Made by a program: the position numbers and the translations under genes | NCBI RefSeq assembly: GCF_006345805.1 | Contig: NC_043000.1 | Span: forward strand, 134,106,001 to 134,170,000 | Direction of reading: 5' to 3' | DNA: 64,000 nt | Origin: Octopus sinensis | Lineage: Eukaryota | Notes under the pieces: generated by a model | The model's input: only the letters and a program-made list of their open reading frames with translations | What the model was told of the DNA's origin: nothing | Database searches by the model: none | In this document: in pieces, positions 38,064 through 51,000 of the stretch | How the letters are laid out: every line of letters starts with the position of its first letter | How positions within the stretch are numbered: position 1 is the first letter of the stretch

Positions 38064-41000
38064 TATATGCACACACACAGTAAATCCTCGAGTATAGTCC
38101 GCCCTTGAGTATAATATGCAGAAGATTTTTATTGGGGGCTGTACCTCTGAAAAACCTAAACCTTGTGTATAATACGCACCCCTTCTCTAACTTGAGTCAA
38201 GGAGGTCTACATAACGTCCTTGGTTTGTAAAAATGTATACGGTAACGTCCTTTATTATTATTGTATATATAACATAATGCAAACGTGTAGCTTTTTTGTG
38301 CATTTTGTTTGCAGAAAATAAAGAAATAACAGTAATAACATTTAATAAATGTTGCTTATTGCAAGTTATGGATGATTTTTTTATGACTTCATTGCTTTCA
38401 GGCTTAGCTTAAGGTATTTTCGCGGCCAACATCACAAAATGCGTCTGAATAAACATTGCCAGACAGCAAATTGAGACTTGGACATTGCTTAGAAAATAAT
38501 TTTCATTTTTAACATCATCTACAGTACGCACTAGGGATTTTGATCGTTAAATTTTAGGGAAAAAATGCAGATTATACTCAAGGATATATATATATATGTA
38601 CACTCACACACACACACCATATATTCATTAAGAAAATTTTTCTCTATGCAAATCTGCTAATGCCACATCTCACAGTGACAACTCTGGTGTAAAATAAGTT
38701 AATGGAAATGTAAAGTTAGTTGTACAATTTTGAATTCGCACAGACATAAATATAGTGTAATAATAACTTGAGTTGGAAATCACAGTTAATTCAGATGACA
38801 ACAATAAAATGAAGTATTAATGGAAGATTAAATGATTACAGAAATAACTGAATGAAATAAGTTATTCTTACGCGGATAACAATATGTCCCTTTCTGTTTA
38901 AACCATCTAATACACGGTGTTCAGTAACCATGACAACCTGGCCTTGTTCCTCATGTTTTCTTGTGTTTTCTTCACCCTGGTATAAAAATGAAAGTCTACC
39001 TTAGTAATGATGATGACAATGATGATGATGATGATAATACAGTGAAAAAAAACTTTTTTTTTAATATAATAAATCAGAGACAAATGCTGATATATAAACA
39101 ACAAAAGAAAGAACAGATTTTTGTCAACCTGACAGAACATACCTCATGTAAGATATTATAATATTTATCTTGTGCAATGCAGACAAATTGGCAGTCATCA
39201 ACTTTGGTTACCATGACACCATTATTCAATTGTACATCCAGAGAAGGAGAAACACCAAAACTAGAAAAAGAGAGAGAGAGAGAGAGAAAATTGATTTATA
39301 TAAATAAAACAAAATTCTGACAACAATAAGTGAAACTTAAACAGAAATCGATTTTTTTTTTCTCATATCCATTTACCATAACTAGCATGAGTGGAATAGT
39401 TGGAACAACTGTTTTACACAGTTGGATGCAATTCCTGTTAAACCAATTCAACCATGAAATACGTGTGAAACTCGTTTTGTCATTCAAACACAGAGAAGCA
39501 GAGTTACGTTCCTTGACTAGATTAAGGTTTAGGTAAAACATAGGTACATGGCCGTATGTACATAGGTACATAAGGCAAACATAGGTAAAAACGTTAAGGC
39601 ACATGGCCTTATGGTTATAGTATTAAGCACGCAATTATAAGGTCGTAGGTTCAATTCTCAGACCAAGCAGCATATGGTACCCTCAAACAAGGCACTTTAT
39701 TTCATGTTACATCCGATCTACTCTCAGGCAAAAATGTAAAGGCACATGACCTAATGGTCAGGTTAGTGTAAAGCTCACAAACATAAGGTTGTAGGTTCAA
39801 TTCCCTGACCAAAAAGCACATTGTACCCTTAAACAAGATATTTTATTTCAACATGCAACAATATACTCAATTGAAAATAAGAAGCAATAGCAGCTGGGAG
39901 TTCAACTTGTAGCAGACTGGCACATCATCCGAGTTCTGTATTCTCAGTTGCTTTACAGGAGCACTCCATCGGTTGCGACGACGAGGGTCCCAGCTGATAC
40001 AATCAACGGAATAGCCTGCTCTTGAAATTAACGTGTAAGTGGCTGAGCCCTCCACAAGCACGTGTACCCCCAAAGTAGTTCTCGGGAAGATTCAGCATGA
40101 CACAGAGTGTGACAAGGCCGGCCCTTTGAAATACAGGTACTACTCATTTTTGCCAGCTGAGTTGCTTATATGCTTCTAACACTGGGAGAAGTTAAATGTT
40201 GATGATGAAGATGATGTTCATTTGTCCTAACATTTATTTTTCCATACTAGCATAGGCTGGACACAGACTTATTTGAAGCAGGATTTTACAGCCAGTTCTT
40301 GTCACCAACCCCAACTGAAAGTGCAGAGTAATCGGTTAAAATGTCAACAAGAAATGTCAATACTATCACTGTTTTGTTCAACTAGTAACAGGCTATGGAA
40401 TATCTAAGCATACACTTACACTTGAATACATATTATCAATGCCTCATTTTTATGCCCATTTTTCCATATTAGCATGGATTAGACAAATATATCCTCGAAG
40501 CAATTTTTTACAGCTTGATGCTCTTTTCATTAATCCTTACTGGTTTTTCAAGTGAGGTAACTTTTATTTCGCAGTTTTCCAAAGGCACTAAACTAGCAGA
40601 TAATTTGTTGACATGATATGCAACAACATCACCCTTTGCAGCTGAACAATTTGCAGAGAAGTATGAAAGTAAACATGTGCACGTGCAATAAGCTTCTTTC
40701 AGTCTTTGTCAATGTAATATGTGCATTTCATAGATTTGAACCTAACATTACAGCCAAGCATACTAACTTCAATGAACGAGTAAATGATATATAAATTTTT
40801 TTTAATTTGGATTTTGTATAACATTTTTATACATTGAATTTGTTTCAAAGGTAAGACAAGACAGCAATCTTAGCAGTATTATGATTGATAGTCTGTTTTT
40901 GTTTAAAGACATGTCAGATGTCAACAGTTTGTTATGGAGCTAAAAGGGATGTCTGATTAAATAGAATGAAAAATGCCAGGAAAATGTTTAGAAAAAGACA

Positions 41001-41904
41001 GGTAAGTTTTAGGTAAAAAAAAATACTTAGATATGATTTTTCACATACCTGTTTCCCATTGCTAAAATCTTTTTGTTCCCCTCTAAGTATGTAATTTCTA
41101 CTTCTCCATTGAGAATCACAGACCAAGAGTCGAGCATTTCTCCATCTTTCATTACTTGAGTGCCAGCCTCCTTTACTTGTGCATAAACCATGACTGCACA
41201 CAGAGCCCGCCGTGTGGCCAGTGTCATGTTTGCAAAAGCCTGTAAAACAAAAAGGAATGGTAATATAGATAGATATATGTAGCCACAACAATAACCAAAT
41301 ATATATGATAACATCAAGAAAAACAATGAGCAATTAATTAAAATTCAACCTCCTGAAGTTTTTAACTCTTATAACATGGCTACATCACTATTGCTAGTAG
41401 AATAGAAAAACATTAATTTACATAACGATGGGTGTAAGTAATTTCCTTTGGTTTGACACTAGATATTCTAATCAGAGCAAAATAAACAACTGACTGTAGA
41501 TGGGGTATGTTACTGAAGAGACTGAAGGTGTACTGTATGTGGCAAAAGTAAAGAAGTGTGTGTGTGTGTGCATATATATATATAGAAAAACAAAAAAGAA
41601 AAAAGGCCTTGATAGGTATATAAGCAACAAACAAGTGTATTAGTTTGAAAATGAAAAAGTCTATTGTTTTCAGCCTATGCTCTTCAACAGAAAGGAATGA
41701 GAAATAAGCTAAGAGAAAATGAAAAAACGTGTAGAGTTCAGCAACCCATATATATGGGCAGGAGTGGCTGTGTGGTAAGTAGCTTGCTAACCAACCACAC
41801 TGTTCCAGGTTCAGTCCCACTGCGTGGCACCTCGAGGCTACTAAAGCCTCAAGCTGACCGAAGCCTTGTGAGTGGATTTGTTAGACGGAAACTGAAAGCC
41901 CATC

Positions 41905-41976
<72 letters not shown>

Positions 41977-44900
41977 TTGTGTGTGCCCCCAACATTGCTT
42001 GACAACCAACGCTGGTGCCTTTTATATCCCAGTAACTTAGTGATTTGGCGAAAGAGACTGATAGAATAAGTACTAGGTTTACAAATTATAAGCACTGGGG
42101 TCACTTTGCTCAACTACAGGCAGTGCTCCAGCATGGCTGCTGTCAAATGGCTAAAATAAGTAAAAGAATATATATATATATATATATACACGAGAGAGAG
42201 AGAGATGAAGGGATTTCTTTCATATGAGTATCCTGAAAAAAACTATAACGTAAAATTCTTATTTGGCACAAGGCCAGTAATTTTGAGAGATGGGGAATTT
42301 GATTACATTGACCCCATTGCCCAACTAATACTTATTTTATTAACCCCAAGAGGATGAAAGCCAAAATCAATCTCAGTGAAATATAAACTCAAAACATAAA
42401 GGTAGACGAAATACCACTTATCATTTTGTCCAGTGTGCTAATGATCCTACCAGCTCACCACCTTACTATAGAGTAATATTAGTAACACTGATGGGATTCT
42501 TAACTGTTTGATGCTTTCCTTGGCTTTTAATATTTGTTAAATAATGTTGCTAGTATCAACAAAACCTAGAAAAATTGAATACACAGGACTGGACTGGCTC
42601 CTGTGCAGGTGGCACGTAAAAAACACTATTTGAGCGTGGCCGTTGCCAGTACCGCCTGACTGGCCCTCGTGCCGGTGGCACGTAAAAGCACCCACTACTC
42701 TCTTGGAGTGGTTGGTGTTAGGAAGGGCATCCAGCTGTAGAAACTCTGCCAGATCAGATTGGAGCCTGGTGCAGCCATTTGGCTCGCCAGTTCTGAGTCA
42801 AACTGTCCAACCCATGCCAGCATGGAAAGCGGACGTTAAATGATGATGATGCTGATGATGATGATGAGTGTAGAAAAAAGAAAAGAAAGATTAAAATTCC
42901 CATCTCTAACAATGGACACAGAATTTTAAATGCCAGAATCTCTAGTGCCAAAATCTAAGTTAAATATCAGTTAACTCTTTTTCAACTTTTCATAGTGTAT
43001 CTGACTTAAAAGATTATTATTCATGGTATGAGATAAAATAAATAAATAATAAAAGTAAAATTAAACATCCTTATTAAATATGCACAGAAATGACACATCA
43101 ACAAGTGGTAGCACATTTTAATGACCACATGAGATAATAAATTTGACAGAACAAAGGGATAATTTGCCATTATCTTTAAACACCCACAAAACCAATAATT
43201 TAGCATCACTTTTCCATGCTAGCATGAGTCAGAGTGTATGGAGGCAGATTTTTTACACCCAATGGTCCTTCCTGTAGCCAACACTCGTTTATTTCTAAGC
43301 AAGGTAATATTTCACCATGCCCAAACATGATCTCACAGAATATTGGTTTCAAATTTTGGCACAAAGCCAGCAATTTCAGGGGGTGAGTAAATCAGTTGCA
43401 TTGGCCCTAATGTTCAATTGGTACTAATTTTATTGATCCCAAAAGGATGAAAGGTGAAGTCAACCTTGGTAGGATTTGAGCTCAGAACATAAGGATGGAT
43501 AAAAATAAAGGCACTAAGCATTTTGCCAGGCCTGCTAACAATTCTGCCACCTCAAAGAATATTGGAAATGAATAACACTACTTACATGACAGTCACATGG
43601 TGTCAAGAAAAGGAGAGTCAAACACAGAGTTTACATCTACCAAATCCATTCACAAGGCTTTGGTCAGCCCTAGGCCATTACAGAAGACACTTGCCCAAGG
43701 TGACATGCAGTGGGACTGAACCCAGGACCATGTGGTAGGCAAGCAAACATCTTACCACACAGCCATGCTTTACAAAATCTTAACTCAAAAATATAAATTT
43801 TCAAAACTACCAAATTAAATATTTTCCTACTCTACTCAACATAATTTCCACCGCTTTTACTCTTTTACTTGATTTGGTCATTGGACTGTAGCCATGCTGG
43901 AGCATCACCTTATAGGGGTTAGTTGATCAAATGGCACTCAGTACTTATTTTAAGCCTGCTACTATTTCTACTACTCTCTTTTGCCAAACTGCCCAGTTAA
44001 GGATCGTAGATAAATTGGCACTAGTTGTCAAATGGTGAGGGGGCAAAAATATACACACATATACCCACATGTAAACACACAGAGACATATTATATAGATG
44101 CGCACGCGCGCACACACACACACACAAGCTTCTATACAGTTTCCATTTACCGAATTCCCTCAAGGCATTGATAAACTTGGAGATATAGTACAAGATGTTT
44201 GTCCAATATGCTGCACAGCGGGACTGAACTCTAAACCACAAGGTTGTGAAGTGAGCTTCTTAACCACGCAGCCATGCCTATGTAGAATGTTGGATTAGAG
44301 TCTCAAATAAGACAAGTTATATTAATGGAATCTTCTCAATTTCTTTCTAATTATTTTCTAATATGTTGTAAGTGAACCAAAAGTATTTACTTTTTTTTGA
44401 AGAAAATTGGCACCATTTCATAAAATATGCTAATTACTAACAAGAATTTTTCGTCTTGATTGTTAAAAAGCCCCAGAGAGTAGTGGTTACAAAGCAAAGA
44501 ACCTGTAATAATTTGTTTAAATGGATTTGAATTTTTGAGAAATAGTTAATCAGGAACAGGCGTTTATAGAAAACGTGTAATCTATGAGTTGGGTGGATGC
44601 CAATCTCGGGTCAAAGTGATCAAGTCAAATCATTGATTTTCAAACAGATTTACTACAACTACCAATTATCAGAGGAAAATACACAAAGAAAAAAAAAAAT
44701 TTTTCAATGTGTTTTATGTAATTTTGGCAACTGTTTCACACAATCTTACAAAGAGTTCTTGAAAATGAAAGTGCAGTTTTTTTTCTACAACGCTGCTGTA
44801 AATGTTAAAATAGAAAGAGAATGTGTGTTCAATATAACACGGAAGATTAATACCATCTGAATATATTTTTTATATAAATCAACCCCACTGCCTTTATCCT

Positions 44901-45018
44901 TGGCAATAATCAGCAATTTAAAAGTATATCTTACCCCTATACTGAATACTGCAGTAAATCAAGCAAGCGCTAATTATACATAATTCAGTTATTCATAAAA
45001 CTACGAGAGAGAGAGAGT

Positions 45019-45067
<49 letters not shown>

Positions 45068-48000
45068 CGCACATGCATATGCATGCACACACACACACAT
45101 TACACTTTTTATCTTTTCCTTGTTTCAGTCATTGGACTGTGGCAATACAGAGGCACAGCCTTGAAAAGTTTAGACAAACAAATCAACCCCAGAACTTCTT
45201 TTAAAACAAAAATTTGTTGCCCATTTTCTCAGTCACTCTTGCTGAACAGCTAAGTTATAGGGGTGTAAAAATGGAAAAAAAAAACACCAACTGTTAAGCA
45301 ATGGTGGAGGGATACATACACACAAACACACAACAGGCTTCCACACAGTTTCCATATGCTTACAAGGCATTGGTTGTGCCCAGGGCTATAATAAAAAACA
45401 CTTAAATGCCATGCAGTGAGACTGAACATGGAATCACATGGTGGCAAAACAAGCTTCTTAACCATACAGACATGCCGGTGCCTATATAGCCTAGTTATTT
45501 TACACCCATTTTTCCAAGTGTAAGTGGGTTAGACCGACATTCCTAGCAAAGAGCCCACCACCTGTAGTCCTTTATCATATCCTTGATGACGTTAATTATC
45601 CCACAATCAGCTTTTGCCACTTTGTCACATGCCTGCAGGCCACATTGTTTGGAATACTTGACACCTTTTTCACCCAATCAACATACTAGCACATTAGAGT
45701 TGATTCCCCTTACATCTGGTTTTCCTCTCAGTTAACCTGTGATCCCTCATTCACGCATGCTAACATTACACACCTAGCACAACAGCTCACCTTAGCAAAT
45801 CCTCTGTACTCTCAATATTTATGTTTTGCTATCATGCAATACCATAGTTCATACAAAAGTATCTTTCACATAAAGGGTAAAGTTCTATATCGCCATTAAA
45901 ATTAGTAACTCCCTGAACAGTTTTCACCCTGTATTTACTCTGGCTACTACACTTTCACAACATTTACTTCTGATTAGGTTGCCTATGCAACAGAAGTTTT
46001 CAAATGCTTTTAACCCTTTCGTTACCAACCCGGCTGAAACTGGCTGTGGCTCTGTAGTACAAATGTCTTGTTTTCATAAGTTCTGAATTAAAATCTTCCA
46101 CCAAACCTTAGTCCCAATTTATGTTCTTAACACTAGCTGAATGATGACTAAGTTATTTTACTAAATTCTATGTTATATTTAAAATAATTGAAAGAAACAC
46201 AGAGCATCTCAAAATAAATATGGTAACGAAAGGATTAATGAGCTTTATGAGCAGTTTCAAAAATTTCATGAGTATACCCTCATACATCTACTACATATGA
46301 AGTATTACTTCTCTGTCAGTTTCCTATAACCCTACCATTACTTTTATGCACTCACAGTTTACATAGGATTCATAGTATAGAGTGCCTTCATATACCTTTT
46401 CTGCATATCAAGAATCACTTACCATTTAGCAATAGAGTTCTGTATTCTTTCTTGCTAACTTTAACTCTTCATTAGAAGTTCCTACCAACAATCAGTTTAA
46501 TTCTTCTTTTATAGCTCTGAGAGCCATAATAAATAGGAACGGGCTGAGAACTGAACCTTAATGAACGCCAATCTGTATGTTAAATTGCTCACTGATCTCA
46601 TTGCTAACTCATCTTGCTGACAGTAACTGCATACTTGCATAGTTCCTGCAAGACATTCATCTACATACAATTTTTGCAGCAGCTACCAGACTACAAAGCA
46701 TGCTACTCTGTCAAGGGTCTTCAGGACTACAAATGCTAGTTATAGAAGTCTTCTTTTAGCTAAGGGCTTGTCCTGCAGTTGTCTTGCTAAAAAGAAGGCA
46801 TTAGTGGCTCCCTAACTTGGTACAAATCGAAGTTGTATGTCATCTAATTCACTCTTAATTAGCTGAGCTATGATGTTCTGCCATGTTTAAAGTTAGTCAA
46901 TCAATTTGATGCTTCTGATCTATATATTTTGTGCTTCCTTAGTTGCTTCCTTCTACAGAATCTTTTTGGCTCTTGTAACAGTTGACAATGCAGCTGCTCT
47001 GCCAATCATTAGGCAAAGTACTTTTCTACATTACCCGACTGACTATACAGTTAACTCATATCTTACTTAGCCAAATATTTTTACTATCTCTGACTATCCT
47101 TGAAAGATCTGCTGCTTTTACACACACAAATACACACAGAGTCAAGAAATGCAGAATGGCTGTGCTGCTGAAATAATCTAAGAGTTCAATAGACTTGTAG
47201 ATCTGGAAATTTGCATATAAATTATTGGAATAAATATTTGAATTATCTTCTCAATGGTGAAATGAAATAGTCAGGTTAACAAAAACATGCAGTGAAACTA
47301 TTCTTGCCTGAGGGCAACAACATCTTGACAACATAATAACAAGGATATTAATCATATTGCAATCATTAATTCAACATTTTAGCTTCACAGCTGCTAAAAG
47401 CACAATGAAAATTCTTTTCTTGTTTTACTTTATGCTTTTATAATTTACAAAGCATAAATAATTTAAATCATTTGCTTCAAATTTCTATCTTGTCTTATTC
47501 ATTAAAGATCTTTATTTTGGTATATTATTAAAAGAACAAAAAAAAGGAAGAAATATTTACAGAAAAGTGTCTCATAAAATCCAAAAGTGTTTCAATATCA
47601 TCTTCAGTCCTCTTGTCTGGATCTTTCTTCAGACTCTCGTATACAATATCTCGTGCTGTATAGAGCTGGAAGAGAAAACAAGAAAGTATATAAAAGACCA
47701 TTTAACAATTGTAAAATAACAAAATCAAGAAATTAACAATAGATGGTCTGAAAAAATCTCAAAGACACCAAATCCTACAAGGAAATTAGTTGAAAATTAG
47801 AAAAAACAAATGAGGAGGGAAAAATTAATATGAAAATTATAAAATGACTCAAGTTTACATTCTGGTCTGTGTTCTCTCTACATAGAGAAATCTATAGAAA
47901 TTAAATATTATCAAGATAATGACCCTCAGTTTATCATTAACCTTTTAGCATTCAGATTACTTGGTCAAATGTAGTAGTTATTAACATTGTTTTGAATTAA

Positions 48001-51000
48001 TCATGTATTACCTTGTAGCTGTGAGATTTCAACAATGTAATTATATATTTTAAGAATGACATTGTAGGATAGGTGTAAGAGGCCAAATCTGGCTAGCTTG
48101 AACATAAAACATGTAGACTATTTGGGTTGGATAAGGCCAGTTTGAATGCTAAAGGACTAACATGACCAACTGTTATCACTGCTGGGCTAATAAGCTGTTC
48201 CTACCTTAGTACCTAATTTAAACATAGGGACTTTTTCTGTTTTGGAAGAAGAGCAGAGCCCATGACATTTCACAGGATTCAATAATATGAAGGGTAAAGG
48301 GAGGAACTATGACTGGCTATCCTAAGTCTAGAGAACTGATTCAAATACTTGCAACAGATTCAACTCCGCTAAAGGTACTCAAGAGCAATATGTTGGTGTT
48401 AAAGCAGACACCAATAAAGTCTACTACCCAAATAACATGGTGAACCTGATAGACCTGCATGGTGTCTATCAACCCAGCTACACTTAAAATGAATGATTGG
48501 ATCAACCTGAGGCTACAGTAGAAGGTCCTTGCCCAAGGCACTACATAGTGAAATTGAAACCATGGGATTGTAATGCCAATTTCTTAAATGCATGGTCATT
48601 CTTTTCATGCAGGTAAAGTTTTAAAGTTTTGCCCAAAGAGCTCAAAAATTCATATTATTGAATTGCGTGTATACTGCAAGTTCTTTGACTAAACCCTAAT
48701 CAGCTACTGGACCTTTTTTTTTCCTCCTATCAGGAATGCAGATAAAACACAATCAATAATGTAATACTTACAAGTTTCAAATTAGTACATAACAGTAATT
48801 AAATATTGATTATTATAGTTATCATAATTAGGAAATGCATCAGGTAGTAAACACCTAGTTATTTGACTATCAGTTCATATACAGCCATGAGGATATCTGA
48901 ACTCCTAATGTAAGAGTAGGGCAAAATATATCAATAAGTTATTATAATTAGGTCAGTAAATAATTCTAGTAATCTAAAAAGAACCAACTGATCATGCAAT
49001 CATGTACAACATGGAATTTCCTAAATTATTAATGAAAAACTAGTCAAATAAAAGCATAGTATTTTATTAGAAATATTTTTTTGAATCATATGGAATTCAT
49101 GAAAAGAATCTAGGGAAAAGGAATTTCTAACATATTAACAACTGTATACATACTAGCTAGTCAGTCTAAGAATTCTTATTGAAAACAAAAAAATTTTCAG
49201 TAAAACTAATCACATCACAAAATTACATGAAGGTGTGTGTATTAGTAGACTGAAAATTACTGGAAAATAGGAACTTTTTGAATACATAATATAAAATTCT
49301 GATATAACTCTAAGGCATGTAATGAAAGGTATAGAAATCTTTTATTTGAACCTGATCAAAGTGAATGGGAGCGTGTGTATGCGTGTGTTAATGCACATGT
49401 GATGTATGCTATTGGAGCTGTTAATGTAGTTGACTGCTTTCCACTTTAACTCTTTCCAATCCAAAACACCTGAGACTGTATAAATCTTGTTTGAAATCTG
49501 TATTCCTACTTGAAAGAATAATATCAGGTTTCAATAAGTAAATTACTCTATTTCAAATACCAGCTTAATATACCTATAAATAACTTTATTATTTTTCTAA
49601 ATCACTTGTAAGAAATAAATTAGTTTAGTGAACAAAGATTTCACTTTAAACGTTACTAAGAAAGAACCCTGACTTCTATTTCTATTTAGTTAAGTTTCTC
49701 TATCAAACGCTAAAGCCTTTTTATTTTTACATATAAAATATAAATGCAGAAGCATTGAGAGATATATAATTATATCATTTATCAGTGTATTGCAAAGCAA
49801 ATGTAACTATACATAAGAGCTCGTAAAATACTAAGTTAAAACTCTCTTACATAGAAAAAATGCTACCAGCAGGATTTGAACCATACATTTTCAGTGACCA
49901 TGTTGGACATGCTAACCAACTGCACCAATGTAACCTTTGGGCTCTCTTCCAATAAATTGGAAGCTTAAATCTAGAGTTTTGTTTATTTCTGTGTTCTAGC
50001 TTTCATGAAATTTGTTAGTTTCTTCTACGGATATACACTTTAAAAGAATTATTTACATATGTATACCTGCATCCAGGTGCTATTTTTGATAAATTCACTT
50101 CTGACTTGTTTCCCCTTGGAGCAAATCAAATGGCCTTTTAATTAATATGACAGTGTTTTAAGTATTTGAGCCAGCAAACTTCAACTTATTTCAGTCCATT
50201 AGTGTAACATTCTATCAAGGCTACAAGGCAAACAAAGCCTCATTATATACAATTAAAGTTATGCTATACAAATGACACAGAATATCAAATAGCAAACTGT
50301 AGTGCAGAACATATAACAAGCTGTATCTGACATTTGCTTATTAAAATAAGCCGAGATCTTAAAACTTGATTTTGTCATGTTTCCTTCCACCTCGTTTAAA
50401 GAGAGAATTGTAACCCTCATCTCAAAATCTTAGTTCTTTGCAGCTGGCATGACACTATTTTGATTGCAACTAATTGTCAAGTGTCAAATGAATGACGTGC
50501 ATAACAAAGAACAAACTGTTAGATTCAGTTGTATAGAACAGATAGTTTGTTTAATGCAGCTTTTGCAGTGGTTTTGCTGCAAAGATAGCAAGCCATATGG
50601 TAACAAGCTTCATCACATAACTAGGTTTAGATCTTCTTGTAATTATTTTTCAACATTCCAGATTTAATAAAGTACCAGTAACCTACAAATGCTTATTTAT
50701 TACCTTCAAAATTGGCTACACCACTAAGTGGAATGGAAAGAAGTAACCTATTTCATGTAAATAATTCTTTTAAAGGTTACTTTGGTGCAGTTGGTTAGCA
50801 TGTCTGACATGGTCACTGAAAATGTATGGTTCAAATCCTGCTGGTAGCCTTTTTTCTATGCAAGAGAGTTTTAACTTAGTATTTTACAAGCTCTTATGTA
50901 TAGTTGCATTTGCTTTGCAATACACTGATAAATGATATAATTATATATCTCTCAATGCTTCTGCATTTATATATATGTTAATATTTTCCATTAAGCTTTG

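Noticed and set aside
44935-44948. Microexon-like CTGCAG|TATTCAG|TATAGGG|GTAAGA
   Set aside because: 14 or 7 nt (frameshifting) with a poor pyrimidine tract.
50775-50849. Functional tRNA gene
   Set aside because: A and B boxes are present, but I could not form a proper anticodon arm, so it is treated as a tRNA-derived repeat.
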